A stretch of DNA of 64,000 nt from Aplysia californica (taxonomy: Eukaryota). The position numbers were made by a program, and so were the translations under genes. Every line of letters begins with the position of its first letter. The stretch's first letter is position 1. Shown piece by piece: positions 14,601-27,845 of this stretch. The stretch lies in NCBI RefSeq assembly GCF_000002075.1, contig NW_004797766.1, positions 474,317-538,316 on the forward strand, read 5' to 3'. The notes beneath the pieces are model-generated. The model was given only the letters and a program-made list of their open reading frames with translations, was not told the DNA's origin and did no database searches.

Positions 14601-17600
14601 CCAAAGTACTGTGTGGACTGCTCCAGATCCGACGGAGTGTTCTCGCTCATCTCGTGCCACTGTATCTCTCCTCCTGGGGATCAGAACAACACAGTCAAAC
14701 TCACGACCATTTTTCTTTTGCTTTTACTTCTCCTCCTCTTGTCTTGTTTTTCTTTCTTCTTTTTTTCTTTTGCTTCTTAGTCTTTCCTCTACTACTTTAA
14801 AAATGCATTTGTAAACGTTTAGAGTCCCCTATTTAGATTATTTAGGAGGTAGGTTGCTTTGAGCCAGTCTGTAAGGGTCAGCATGAGCCAGTCTGTAAGG
14901 GTCAGCATGAGAAAAGTTACTTTATAATAGAGTATAAGTGACAATGATTTAACATAAGTGACTGGCATCTGGGTGTAAAAAGGAAGGCTCTTTACAGTTC
15001 TAGGCAGAAGAAGTGATTTCAATTCTCAGAAGGAGAAGTTATTTTGAAGAGTATCTCAGTCCACCTGTTGCTATTCTGTCTTCCATTTAGCAAAAATTGG
15101 CTCTGACAGTGAAAGGAAGAAGCAGCCAGCCGCTGAAATTAAAATGTGTCTACATGGGCGAAAATTATTTACATTTAATTTAAAATAAATTTTGCAAACA
15201 TCCTGATAAAGAAATGGTGGTAAATGTTGAACTGCAGACTACGACCAGGAAGCACAAATCTAAAAATACACTTTCACAGGGTACTAAACAGCAGTAGGCA
15301 TCTTCAAGCTATAAGTGCTAAAGCTACGTAAAGTTAATATGTGGGACTTCTTGTGTTAGGTTAGGGTTAGCTTCTTTTACATCTTTCCAGTAATATCACT
15401 TTCCCATTCTGTTCCTTATCATATGACTGTATTCGTGACAACTCTTCGCAAACTTCGAATCAACAACTTAGACTACACATAGGAAAACTGTTAAATATTG
15501 CTCTAGATGATCTCCACATCTAAAAAAGAAACCCTACCTGAACAGTGGCCAGAATACAGCAGGTATAGAAGTCGAGCCTGGAAAACAAGGGGCCAAGGCT
15601 TCAAGACACGAGTGATCCAAAATGCCTTATCTAAGACTGTGCCACATGGGTCCAAGAATATTCGACGGAAGAAATGACGAACTTTGACTTCAATGTGACT
15701 GTGCAACCCTGTAGACAGAGGGGGGAAAAATCGTAATAAACTCAGACAAGGGAGAAAGTAATAGAAGAGAACTTGGAAAAGAGGTAGAGGGAAAAATGTA
15801 ACATTGTACATAATAATTCTTGACTAATGACAATAACAGTCTAGTACAGCATTTTCAAAATTACAGCAATATCTAATGCCTCAGTCAACCTAAAGCCAAG
15901 GTGAAATGGAATTTTCTACATTGATCAGATACTAAGATGACCTAATTCTTCTCCACACTGCCTCTTGACCTCCTGCACAAAAAAAAGAAGTAAAACACAG
16001 GTAATTTCAAAAACGGAGAAGTTCGCCCAACACGCTTCAAAGTTTCCACAATTTAAAAATTTCTAGAGAGGAGATACCTTCTCATTATGATGAATTTTAT
16101 TTTAAAAGCTGTGTCAGATTAGTTGTAAAAAGAGTACAATAGGTGACACACTGCATTTATATAAAAGAAACTGCAATCACTTCAAACACTAATGCCTTTT
16201 GTTGTTCAAAACCTCTACACCCACATTTTGAAGTTGAGTTCATGAACCTTCTTAGGGAGTGCTTTTATCCACTAAAACTAATAATTTCCAAATCCCTACA
16301 CAGATCAACAACTGAAGCAAACGTATATTCTACAAATTTGAAAAAAACAATAATGTGGAAGCTCAACAGCTTCCGAAACAAAAATAACAACTACAACCAC
16401 ATATATTGCCCAGGTGCATCCACTTATAACCACCCATCTGAAATATATTATATTGTAATAGCTTGACATTTTTTTTATGAAGCAGCATTTGCAGACTACC
16501 TGACCACCAGAACTACTCACCTGGTTTATTGGCCACCACAGCCTTGACCAGTCTGTGCACACACATGTGCTGACAGAGGCTGTCAAACACTCTCTGACAC
16601 TCACTGTCATCCCAGCCCGCTATCACAGTGTGTAAGAACTTGCCGAAGCAGAGCAGAGCAATGCACCGAGACATATCTTTGCAGGTTTTCACATTTGAAC
16701 ATTCCATCTGTAGAGATAAGATACCAATAGGCAATACTCATTTTTAGTGAAATTTTTCTCATAAAAAAAGCATACACACATACTTACAACTGAAATAGCA
16801 TACAGAAGACCTAACCCCCCGGGGCAGTGCCACTGACCAAAGTGTCTTTAGGCCATTCTTAAAGGGGGGACCTTTCTCGTTCAAGGATAGTAGAATTGTA
16901 AATGGGCTGACTCATGGCACACTCATGCCTAATCTACAACAGGGAACTGCTTCTTTTTTGTGGGTGGTTGGCGGGTGCTCTGGGGTGGTTTGCTTCTTCG
17001 TTCCTATCAAACATAGATCTATCGTCCTTTTCTCCCCTCCTTCTTTTTTATGTTTGTTACTCTCTTGTAACACATTTAATCTTCTGGCGCTCATATGACC
17101 TTGCAGTTGCGAGCGCCGTAAAACCTCTACTAAAACTAAAACTACAGCTTCTTTTTTTTCCCTGATCCTTACTATTGTCATTTTCCTCTACTTCTTTTGT
17201 ATTTTTGTCACTCTCTTGTGACCTGCTATTTTGGGGTGCCTTGATAGTCGAAGCAGACCTTGTGCTGTTGAAGCTAGAGAGGTGAGCAGTCTAAGTCTGA
17301 TTCCCTGTAAAGACTTCTCTGTTGACACCCACCCCTTGGCGATCATATGACCTTATGCAGTTGCGAGCACCGTAAAACCCTCTACTATAAAAAATACAGA
17401 AGACTTACATAGGTATATAGCAATTTCCCTTTCTTTCTGCCACTTCACTCCCTCCCCATCCCCTCCCTCCCTTCCCCTTTCTCTCAAGACAAATACATTT
17501 TAGCAGCTGCACAGATATCCAGAGAAACAAGCAAACAAATTGATTTTTAAAATTTAATCAAATCAATTCCTTGTTCCGAGATGTCAGTGAAGCAGAAGTG

Positions 17601-20600
17601 TCTCCTTTATAAGATCCCTGGGGATCACAAATAAGCAGCATCTTCAGACAATGTTTTCATATTCAAAAAGATGAAATTATCAACAATCTTGTCAAAACAA
17701 TCTTTCTTAACATTACTGCCTCATTCTCTTTCTCTTTCTCTTTTTATTTGGTTCAAGATAAGGTTCTCCTAGATCACAAAATACTCCTTAATAAATCAAT
17801 GTGGTACCAAATATTCCATAATAAATCAATGTGGTACATACCCGCGTTAAGAATTCATTTACAATTTTCAGCCTGTCTTTTGTTGCATAAACACATGTCG
17901 ATCTCTTCATTAAAAGACCTGTTCACAAAAAAAAAGGAATGAATTGTATGAACTTTGTCAATACATTAAAGCCCCTAATGGTACAATACAGATAATTTTG
18001 GAAACAGGCTTTTTCAACCCAGTTAATCTGGATCAACCCAACCTGTGAGGGATACATCCCAGGAGAAAGCAACAGATACTTGAGAAACTATCATCCCCAT
18101 AGTGAAAATGGACTCACATGTTTTGCACACAAGTCAAAGGGCCTTATCATTAAAATTATATTTATATTACTCTACAATATTATAAACACCTGTAAATAAA
18201 GAAGAATCCAATCAATGTTCAGCAGAAAGATGAAGCAGTGAAAAATTCAAAAATCTAATTGCGCTGTAATTTTTTAAAACAATTATACCAGAAGAGGTCT
18301 GTGCAAAAACTATGTTGGCATAAACTAACAAGAGGAAAGACAACCTGCCTGACATGCACTCCACACAGAAATGGCAGCTCAAGACTGCCCCTAATATTCA
18401 GAGTGAGAAACATGGTTTAAGGTAGAGAAGGGTAGACTTGGGAACTTTTGAGGATTAACACATCCTATTACAAGTCAAATCATCAGGAAGACTGGCAGCT
18501 TACAAAATTTTGGGCAGACAGTACAAAGAAAGTATGAGAAGGTTGACTTGACATATTTTTTCAACTACAACGTTTACACAACTTGAAAAAAAACACAAAA
18601 CAAAATTTAACTTTAAATGACAGTAGCAAGCTTAACACAACCAGAAGAATACCAAACTTAGAATTTCGAAAAGGGGAGCACAGTAGTCTGTTCTTCAAAT
18701 CAGTTGGCAACATAATTTGTCCTCCTCTCGCATTACAGGGTTGTTCATTTCACTTGGTATTGTAGAACACTTTACAGATATATATCTGCTTTTAATTTCC
18801 AGTGGCTTTTAGCAAGTAGACTTTAACATGAACGATAAGTACTTTACCCAGTTTATGAAATCTGCTTAACATCATGGCTTGTTCCTCAACTGACAATGAA
18901 GAATGTAGTTCCTCGTAGGGGATGCGGTGAGGCCCTGAGAATTGTGTCACCCGATATCCTTCAACCAGGTTCCTCATAGCCTTTGACGAAATCGTCAGAA
19001 TGCTGAGATCTTCAACTGAGGAAAGAAACAACACTGCTTATCATGTGCACACGGTTTGAGTTCAGTCAAATAACTTTAGTCCATGCTGCTGTTACAGCTA
19101 CAGTACAGAGGGAGAAATACCAACTTTTCCATAAGTGCTGCATGCTCCATGCCATACAAAGTGTTTTTATCATAAAATCTGGCAACAACAAAACTTGAAT
19201 TTGAAGATAATGTGAGCAGATAATTTTCAGAGATTTGTGATTTATTATTATTTTTGCCTTGTTTTCAAAATTCCCCAATAGACTATAATACAAGGAGACT
19301 TACTTAAACAAAAAAAATCTTAAAATAGCTCTGTAAATTATTAATACTATATACAAGCACAATGCAAATATAGTACAGTCTACCTACAGCAGCAATACCT
19401 TTGGGTTTTCCTTGCTTTACAGGCAGTGTTTAAAAAACAACAACAAACAGGAGTCTTTTTTAAAATATGACAGAAAAAAAACTTGCTACTTTGCACCAAG
19501 GAGTTGGTTCAGCTAGAATTAGGTGTAAAAGCAAAAGACTGCAGTCATATTTGCCCTTCTGGAAAAGTTTGCATAGTCTCAGTAACAGAAAAAGAGAAGA
19601 GAATAAATTGAGTATTAAACTTTGCCCACTACAACTTACAAAGCACTTACAAACTCGGTGCTTCCACATCATGATCTAATTACAGTACAAAGACAAATTG
19701 TGTGAGCATAATATTATAAATACCATAAGTCAAAACCAGAGCACAGAATGAAAGACTTTTGTGTGTATGCGAGAAAAAGACTGCCAAGAATCCTCAGAGC
19801 CTTTGGTCTGACATGGGGTGAGCTGGAGAGCAAGGCATCTAGATGAGGCATGTAATGAGAGATCTCTTTCATGATAGCATAACAGATACAGTCAAATGTG
19901 TCCAAGACAGCCATCCATTGTTGAGGAGAAAAGTGGCTGTCTTAGACAGGCCGACATCTTGGTCAGTGTCATTTTAATATAGAAAAAATGCAAGGGTGGA
20001 AGAGGGAAGTAGTCATTTGTACAGGTGAATATCTTAGACAAGTGGCCAGAGCAAATTCCACTGTAAATGGGTTTTTTTTGGCAGGGAGTGGGAGAGAAGA
20101 GCTGATGATGAAATACACACATGAGTCATAGTTAGCTGAGAGGAAGCAAATAACAGCAACATTTTGCCAAGAACTGTAGATCAGGACAATTCTATTGTGG
20201 CAGTAAGAAAAGCAGAGGAAACAGACCATATAAACTGCTCTCCAACACTTGCCTCACATACAGAAATTATGGAATTATTTTTAAAAAACGCAAATACATA
20301 TTTATGATATTATCACTACCTGATCAGTGCTTCTTTGTCACATCTCCATTTTTTTTAACAGTGAAAATATGACTTCTTCTTAAGCTAACTCTTTGTTATG
20401 AACTATCACTGTTCTAAAAAATGGAGATACGACAAGAAAGCACTGAGGTCACGAAATATTGAAATATCATTCTATGAAACTTAAAATTGAAAGAACTTTA
20501 GTTAAGCTAAAAATCTGTTGCAACAAACTGCAGTATTTCTAACCTGTGAGAAAGCGTAAAATTCTGAACTTGAGCTCAATGGGCAGGTAGTCAAAGTACC

Positions 20601-20721
20601 CCAGAATACAGGAATTCAACATGTTGACCTTGATTGTCTCCTCAAAGGCAGCTTTTTCCTTGCTATTGAGCCTGTCAGACCTCCTGGGTTTCTTGTTGGG
20701 CATATAATGTTTAATATCCAT
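11536..20721 (-). CDS. FBXO47: F-box only protein 47 (meiotic F-box protein), 9 coding exons, 1353 nt / 450 aa
   Basis: Exons (minus): 20721-20544, 19015-18848, 17918-17842, 16707-16521, 15708-15538, 14673-14512, 13926-13784, 12890-12725, 11636-11536. All introns are GT-AG, phases match and the frame is open to TGA. The translation has the F-box (LGYFDYLPIELKFRILRFLTVEDLSIL) and motifs I recognise from vertebrate FBXO47: GLLMKRST...TKDRLK, CFGKFLHTVIAGWDDSECQRVF, AFWITRVLKPWPLVFQARLLY, PEDWLVENIA, SRAINGR. Confidence 0.93.
12725..12890 (-). CDS. FBXO47: FBXO47 coding exon 8 (VCVKHSNN...ELILDTHEFIDS)
   Basis: ccccag acceptor, G|gtgggt donor, phase 0-1. Confidence 0.88.
13350..13721 (+). mobile_element. 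5'-truncated RTE-clade LINE 3' end (FBXO47 intron 7)
   Basis: KTNEEVL...RKRQANFFGHTMQKEALENIVTTGKNEGKRGRGRQR is a typical RTE C-terminus; (ATG/ATA)n tail. Confidence 0.82.
13784..13926 (-). CDS. FBXO47: FBXO47 coding exon 7 (STPEDWLVENIAGLLL...SRAINGRYVEVASIVASLCL)
   Basis: tttgcag acceptor, TTG|gtaagc donor, phase 1-0. Confidence 0.92.
14512..14673 (-). CDS. FBXO47: FBXO47 coding exon 6 (GGEIQWHEMSENTP...EWSSDEVICLIDEMI)
   Basis: ccccag acceptor, A|gtaggg donor, phase 1-1. Confidence 0.87.
15538..15708 (-). CDS. FBXO47: FBXO47 coding exon 5 (GLHSHIEVKVR...KPWPLVFQARLLYLLY)
   Basis: ctacag acceptor, CAG|gtaggg donor, phase 1-1. Confidence 0.92.
16521..16707 (-). CDS. FBXO47: FBXO47 coding exon 4 (MECSNVKTC...AGWDDSECQRVF...NKP)
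   Basis: ctacag acceptor, CAG|gtgagt donor, phase 0-1. Confidence 0.92.
16815..17393 (+). mobile_element. Family B retroposon (~400 bp) with a family A copy nested at ~16960-17146
   Basis: Starts CCCCCCGGGGCAGTG. Outer TSD atacagaagac(c/t)ta (16800-16813, 17394-17407). Inner TSD gcttctttttt (16949-16959, 17147-17157). Both elements end in the shared tail. Confidence 0.88.
17842..17918 (-). CDS. FBXO47: FBXO47 coding exon 3 (GLLMKRSTCVYATKDRLKIVNEFLTR)
   Basis: aacag acceptor, CGG|gtatgt donor, phase 1-0; too short to appear in the ORF track. Confidence 0.9.
18848..19015 (-). CDS. FBXO47: FBXO47 coding exon 2 (VEDLSILTISSK...RFHKL)
   Basis: ttcctcag acceptor, G|gtaaag donor, phase 1-1. Confidence 0.9.
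19889..20063. mobile_element. TA-flanked Tc1/pogo-type MITE
   Basis: TA|CAGTCAAA...TTCCACTG|TA; related pieces at ~700-760, ~1095-1175 and ~14320-14370. Confidence 0.6.
20315..20454. mobile_element. ~140-bp MITE
   Basis: TCAGTGCTTCTTTGTCACATCTCCATTTTT / AAAAATGGAGATACGACAAGAAAGCACTGA inverted arms; a second, split copy is at 35778-35817 + 36850-36935. Confidence 0.72.
20544..20721 (-). CDS. FBXO47: FBXO47 coding exon 1 (MDIKHYMPNKKPRRSDR...LPIELKFRILRFLT)
   Basis: Acceptor ttctgcag precedes the exon start at 20778; ATG at 20721; donor CAG|gttaga at 20544; start of the F-box. The true start codon may lie upstream (see findings). Confidence 0.88.
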
Positions 20722-21299
20722 TTGGACGATTCCTTCCAATGCACTTGTCAGTAAATCCAATGCACTTGTGAGTAATGCCTGCAGAAAGATGTAAGAATCT
20801 TAGACAGCATAGTGGTTCACCAGCGCTATAAATTGTTTTCCAGTCAAATGGCTGCCCCAGCAACTACAGTATAATCAGGGAGAGTTTTCAGTTCGATCAC
20901 GCTCTAATCCATGAAGAGTCTCGTTCTCTTAAATGTTTAACTTTCCCTTAAAGTATGCTATTTCAATTTGTGCAGAAAGCAGAATCTTAAAGGATAGATT
21001 AAATGGAAAGAAGCTCATGAGTTACGCCCAAGCCCAAGACTGACCATTATCAAAGTATTGCCTCTGACATCTTCAGTCAAGGTGCATGTTGTCACAAATC
21101 TCTAAATCTTCTTCCATTTGTTTTGATCTCACACCGTAGGCCAGCTACATTTCCTGAAACTGAACCCTTGTGTATACTTGCCATTGATCTCTATTTCTTC
21201 AGAAGTTTGGAAAAAAAAATTGTAACATTTATAATGGGGTGGACATAGTAGGCATACATAAAAACTTCCAAACGATTCAATTGCCACGCCTGACTGAGG

Positions 21300-22100
21300 T
21301 TTCACCTTCACCTATCCCGTCGGGGCAGTTTTGAAGATTTGGCCATCAGCTTCCTCCACTCCTTCCGGTCTTCAGCTTTTCTGAGCAAGTCTTTGAAATC
21401 CAGGCCTGTCCATTCCTTGATGCTGTTCTCCCAACTCTTTTTTAATCTGCGTCTGCTCCTTTTTCCCTGGAGGCTGCCTTGCAGGATCATCTTGGCAAGG
21501 CCGGAAGAATGGGGGACGTGTCAATACCATTGCAGTTTGTGTTTCCAGACCAAAGTGAGAAGGTCAGCATATATAGTCTTATTTCATATTTTATTTGTTG
21601 TTTGACTTCATCATTTGTGATGTGATCTTTGTATGAGACACCAAGGATTTTCCAGAAGCATCTCATCTCCACAGCTTTGATCCTTCTTTCAAGGTCTGCA
21701 TTCAAGGTCCAGGATTCCCATGCATACAAAAAATACTGACATGACCAGGGAACGCATCAGTCTGATCCTTGATATGATCTGATGGTGATATTTCTGTCAT
21801 TCCAGATGGATTTCAACTTGGTCATTGCTGCTGAAGTTTACACTATTCTGGAGATTATTTCTGGTCTTGATCTTTCGTCTGTCACTATCGCACCCAGATA
21901 TTTGAAGCTGCGTACAGTCTCAAGCCTCTGGTTGTTGACCTGGATGTCCACTGTGATGTTATAGTTGCTGTAAGACATCAGTTTGATCTTCTCAGAGCTA
22001 ATTTCTATGCTGTAGGCTGTGGAGGTTTAAGCTGACTAGATCAAGTTCTTGCTCCTGTCCCGCATGGCCGTCTATGTCGTCTGCAAAATTTAACGCAAGT
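21300..22100 (-). mobile_element. 5'-truncated RTE-clade LINE (RT C-terminal part, frameshifted)
   Basis: FADDID at ~22085; YAWESWTLNADLERRIKAVEMRCFWKILGVSYKDHITN; ILQGSLQGKRSRRR.KKSW; (AGGTGA)-type tail. Confidence 0.88.
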
Positions 22101-22278
22101 TTTAAATCATTCTGCTCCCAATACTGACTGTTCCTTCGTGATCGTCAAGTGCATCTGCCATGATCCTCTAAAAGAAAACGTTGAAAAGAGTGGGTGAGAG
22201 CAGACAACCCTGGCGTACTCCCACTTCTCTGTTGTTCGGAACAATTCTAGAACTCTAGATCTAGGCCCTATATATATG

Positions 22279-24432
22279 CAGTGGAACCTGTGTAAGACAG
22301 CCACCCATTGTCAAGGAGAAAAGTGACCGTAAAAGACAGGTGGCCGTCTTAGGCAAGACTGATCAAAATGAAGAAAACGAACCATTTACTTCTGAGGTCC
22401 CAAATGGAGGTGGGAGCAGGTTTAGGACTGCCCTAGAGCTGATTCAATTACAATTTGCTGTTGTTGTTGTCGTTTTATTTCTTTTAAGGGGGGAGATTAT
22501 AGGATGGTTTTTGTGGGACTGTTGTTGTTAATTGTGTTGGGGGTTTTTTTTTGGGGGGGGGGTTCAAAATGATAGCTCCAGGAAGGTCAAAACCTGATTT
22601 TAGTAACGTGCCAGCATCAGAGGTCCAGTTTTTTTTACTTTTTTGTTTGCTGAAAGTCACAGAGATTATTTTTCGGCCGGCACTATTTCTCTGAACGTTC
22701 GGGAAAATAAAGCTGGGCACTATTTCTCCGAACGTTCTGGAAAATAAAGCTGGGCAGTATTTCTCCGAACACTGAAGTGAAATCTCATCCTTTCTCGCAA
22801 ATTTCGGATATTATATATAGATCTATAATTATAGTATAGGCCTACCAAAGCTTGTTCGTATACAATATGGTTCAAGCGGTCCAAAAAATGTCCGCAGTAA
22901 ATAAAGAAATGCTACAATTCCAAACAGTTTTTCGCTACAGATATGGTCTGTTGCCTATGAAGGGTACTGCTCTTAAACGTAATGTGTTGTACAGTTGTGT
23001 TCACTCGTGTGCTGTCTAGATCTACGGAGGGTTATTGATAACGACACATAGAACTGGCATCTGCGTTTGTCACTGCTGCGACCAATGTACTGACACTGGC
23101 AAAGCCTCTTAATGTGTGTGATTCCATAATTTACATGTAATATCCTGTACTTTTTTTTTAAATACGCACATTTAGGTTTAAAACAGCCAATCTTCTTCGG
23201 ACAGGTGGACACACGCCCTTATTTGTTAATGTTTGTTGTTGTTTATGGGCTGTTCTAATTTTGATTTCTTTCTGTTGTGAAACCTTTCTTTTTCACGTTT
23301 TTACACTCATCTAAAAATCTCTAGACTAGCTCTTGAAAATCGAAATAGATATAGACCCAAAAATTTGCTCCTGTGTGTGTGTGTGTATGTATGTGTGCGT
23401 GTGTGAGTGAGTCTGTGTGTGGTAGTAAGTGGAAAGTGAGGAGTGTGTGTGTGTGTGTGTGTTTGTTTTTCGGGCTTTATTTCAGCCTTTATTCAGTAAC
23501 AGTTCAAAGTATGCAAAATAGAAACACAGGATCCATTCACTCCAGGGCTCATGAGTCGATCGTCTCTTTCAGTTTCACTCATTCATTCAATTCCCGTGTT
23601 CTCTCCCGCGGCTCATCCCTGTCCGCATGACTTTCATACCCCACCCCCTCCCTCCAGGCACACACAAAGAAAATCTCACTCATTCCCTTGCACCCTGCAA
23701 ACCATGGACAATAATATAGGCAAAACACTGCCTGAGCTGCATTCCTTTCTTTCGTGAGCTGTGGACCAGGCCAGGGGGGTCGGTGTCGTCGTCTTGTAGT
23801 TGCTGTCGCCTGTGGATACACTCGCACATTCTTCCTTTCACCCGCTCTTTCACTCACACTGTCTCTCCATCCACAGCCCAGCTCGTCATACGTTCAAAAG
23901 TTGCCCGTTGGTCATGTTTAGTTAGTGTGTGTGCATGTGCATGATGGTGGTGGGTGTTACTGAAGGTTGTCTGTAGGCGGGCTTGCCATGCGGTGTTCCT
24001 TCCCAGATCAGAGGCAGAATGAAAGTTGGGGCCGAACTCTCGCAATAAATAGGCAAAAAATCACGAGACCGGAAGCCGGAAACCGTTCGGAGAAATAAAG
24101 ATCGGCACTATTTCTCCGAACATTCGGAGAAATAGTCACTTCGTTATTTTTATTTTAAAAATTTTTTTTTTTACTGATGTGTATTGTTTTCTTTTCCAAA
24201 TACACAACAAATTACTGATACTGAATGTTCTGTTTTCCATTTTTCTGTACATAAAATATGAAAATCAGGAAACTTGGTGTTGAAAAAGTGCAGAACATGT
24301 CGCGAATGGTGTTACGGTAACTTGCATAATTTTTGCATAATTTTGCTTCTTTTTTTGCAAAATTTGGCCTTCTAAATTTGCATAATTCTACGGGGACAGT
24401 ATAGAGGTGGCCGTCCAGGGCAGGTTCAACTG
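22279..24432. mobile_element. Pogo-type MITE split by a ~2-kb nested non-autonomous element
   Basis: Outer TIRs CAGTGGAACCTG / CAGGTTCAACTG. The inner element has ~37-bp repeats of CACTATTTCTCCGAAC at 22680-22770 and inverted copies at 24085-24135. Confidence 0.65.
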
Positions 24433-24449
24433 TACGTTATTTTTAACAA

Positions 24450-24768
24450 GGGAGTGTATACGGACCCGGTAACCGGGAACAAAGTCACAAAGTATGCAGA
24501 CCCGGTAGGGGAACTCTTTTGTGATTTCGGAGAGTTTCAGCGCCCTCTTGGCTCAGGGTAGACCTAGGTTCTTCTAAATCTATGGTCTAGATCTAGATCT
24601 AAGCAGACAGACATAAATCTTTCCTCTAGTTTCGCGGCTAACCTAGATCTAAATGAATATTGCGGATGTCTTTTCGATTAACGATGGTTTTTCCTCCGTT
24701 TTGGAGTTGGAGGAATCACAATTTGAAGAAAAGAACAAGTTACAATGTCATAATTTCAATCGAGCAGT

Positions 24769-24855
<87 letters not shown>

Positions 24856-25247
24856 TGTACCGCTCGCCTTCTCTTTTTCTTTGTTTATCTCTGTATTTCT
24901 TTGTCCCCACCTATTTCCCACTCTATCTTTCTCTCGTTCCCTCCTGCCAACTGGGGCATGTCATTTACATTNNNNNNNNNNNNNNNNNNNNNNNNNNNNN
25001 NNNNNNNNNNNNNNNNNNNNNNNNNNNNNNNNNNNNNNNNNNNNNNNNNNNNNNNNNNNNNNNNNNNNNNNNNNNNNNNNNNNNNNNNNNNNNNNNNNNN
25101 NNNNNNNNNNACAGAATTCTACACTTAGTTTAGAATTCTGTGACCGGGTCTGACGTCTGAAACTTCCCGAAATCACAAAAGAGTTCCCTTACCGGGTCTG
25201 TATACTTCGTGACTTTGTTCCCAGTTACCGGGTCTGTATACACTTCG
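24450..25247. mobile_element. MITE with ~90-bp TIRs (copy 1)
   Basis: GGGAGTGTATACGGACCCGGTAACCGGGAACAAAGTCAC... / ...GTGACTTTGTTCCCAGTTACCGGGTCTGTATACACTTCG; 9-bp TSD TTTTAACAA; internal (CT)n and an assembly gap. Confidence 0.88.
24778..24850 (+). repeat. (CT)n microsatellite
   Basis: Visible directly. Confidence 0.97.
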
Positions 25248-26929
25248 TTTTAACAATTAGTTCCCTAGATCTCTAGATCTAGATCTAGTATACAAGTACC
25301 ATCTTACAACTCAAAACTCAAAACTCTAAGACAATTCAATGAAATTATGCAATTTAGAGTCATATCTAGAGACTCTACTTAAGACTCTAGACTAGACTAG
25401 AGGCCTCTTCTAGTGACTCTAGTGCTAGGGCCTTATAAAGGGCTACTCACGCTGGTCTCACGTCGGGGTCGTCTGTCCTGGTTATGACATAAATCTAGAT
25501 CTAGATCATCTGTTGCCTGTAACTTAGAAGTCAAATTTACCTTCAACCGTTGCAATAGGTGGTTGGAACAACATGAACTACCTTGGCTCGACCTCTTGCC
25601 TGTCGTCAGTTGATCTACATGATGGTTCGAAGGAATGGGGCACGAACACTTTTGGTACCTGAACGACGGTAGTGCCCTCCCCTTGTAAGCCTAGATCTTA
25701 TTTGCCAAGTTGGCCCAGGCTTAGGCCTATTCTTTCCGTCACCAAAAAAGTTCCATTGGCCCAGCCTGGTCATAGATTTGTACAATAGTACCTGGCATAT
25801 AAATTAGCCTATCAGTTCCTTATAACTCATAATCAATGTTAATAATTTTTTAATGATCCATACAACCGATGGTCGGCTCTTGCTCTTATCTCCATATCTC
25901 CATCAATAGACCCCCNNNNNNNNNNNNNNNNNNNNNNNNNNNNNNNNNNNNNNNNNNNNNNNNNNNNNNNNNNNNNNNNNNNNNNNNNNNNNNNNNNNNN
26001 NNNNNNNNNNNNNNNNNNNNNNNNNNNNNNNNNNNNNNNNNNNNNNNNNNNNNNNNNNNNNNNNNNNNNNNNNNNNNNNNNNNNNNNNNNNNNNNNNNNN
26101 NNNNNNNNNNNNNNNNNNNNNNNNNNNNNNNNNNNNNNNNNNNNNNNNNNNNNNNNAAATCTTAGAAGCCCCCCCAAAGTTAACACGCCTTCCTTTCCTT
26201 TTTGTGTACATTAATCTTCCAACGTTGTGTCAAAAATACTGCTATATTGCTGCCAAGAGTAAAAGTGTGTGATCGCATAAATTGTAGGCTACATGCTTTA
26301 CCGGTACCGGTAGTAAAAATGTCCGCAGTAATTTTCAGCGAACTCCTAGGTTTGTTTATATGAGTAAAGAGAAGCATGTCAACAGGATAGGCTAGTGATC
26401 ATTATAATTAGAGCAGCGGAAAGGGTAAGAGAGAAAATAAAGAAAAAGGACCAGGACTTGTCCTCCTACCACGCGCAAACTCACTGGTGAGAATCAGAAA
26501 CAAAATTGAGTCGATAGTGCCGTAAAACACCTACTCAGTCAATCAACTGGTGAGAATGTCGAAAATAAATGAGTGAATAAAAAGCAGATATAAATTGTTA
26601 TAACTGATATTATCAAATTTTAAGTAGGACGAAGGAATCTGGAAGGCAGACCATGCATGTCGTGCAAGACGCGGCAAGCGTAATGGTATGAGTAATAGCG
26701 AGTTGGCGCGCTTTTTCGTACGTCTTTATAAAGTTCTGCAAAATACCAGTGTACGCCACAATAATATACATGTAATTATAGTAAATGGCACGCGAGAGAA
26801 ACAGACGACAATAGATCGCGTCAAGAGTTTTTAAAAACTTTCCATCATTTGTACCTATACTGCTAGTATGCTACTACAAAGCTGTGTTGAAAGCACAGAC
26901 ATTTGTGTGATTAATTGCTCCTTCTCTCC

Positions 26930-27050
26930 AATGAAACATCTTTCGTCCTTATCTCTCCTCCTTTTCTTCTCTTGTAACACATCTAATCTTTGGCGGTTGA
27001 ATGACATATTAATTATTTTGTTGCAAATGCCGTAAAACTTTTACTTAAAG
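26930..27050 (+). mobile_element. Family A retroposon, partial and diverged
   Basis: ctcttgtaacacatctaatct...gccgtaaaac. Confidence 0.6.
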
Positions 27051-27845
27051 TTAACTATGAACAGAAACCTTGCTGACAGCAAATGTGGGCCGAGATATTG
27101 CATGATCCAGCCCATAAAAATATATCTTTCAGGGGTTTGAAGGAGAAGAGAAATTTAGAATTTTTGCAAGTGACTTATAAAACCGAAGTCAAACACTTGC
27201 CCGTCTTGAGACAAAAAGAAAAGCGTTCGATCTGAACAATAATATTACAATGTATCTAGAATGCACAGTACGCACAGGTATCGAGTAAGCGTCCCCGGCT
27301 CCTTATTCCATACCCCCCGTTTATTATTATTTTCCAGCTTGCCACCGACCGACGATCATGTGAAACATCATCTAAAATCTAGATATCTGAATGAAACGGT
27401 TTGGGTTTTTTTTGTAAATGGCAAATTACCCTCAATATTAGTACAGGTACCGGGTTGGCTACCTCAATTTTCTGTGCATTTGTAGAACTTTTGTACTTTG
27501 GTTTATACTTTTTATTGAAACTGGTTTGTTCCTAAATGGGCAAAGTTGTCACAACAACTTCCTAAAATCCCTAAAATTTCATTATCTCTTTTTTTAAATA
27601 TTCACTGAAGGAGAAATAAAACAGATTTGTTCCTACTAGTTAGTACGTCAGGGGTATGAGGTTGAATATGTCACCCCCCCCCCCCCCCCCCCCACACACA
27701 CACCCTTTTTTTTATCCCCCCTCTCCCCGTTTATTAATTTTGCACAATTTGTCCACCCCACCCTTTTATTCCTTACATCCCCCCCCCTTTTTTTTTTCAT
27801 TCGATACCTTAGAGTAAGTACAAATAATTCAACCAGAAGGCAATA

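Noticed and set aside
14861-14911. Perfect 24-bp tandem duplication (similar ones at 17790-17838 and 59247-59305)
   Set aside because: Ordinary slippage duplications in non-coding DNA.
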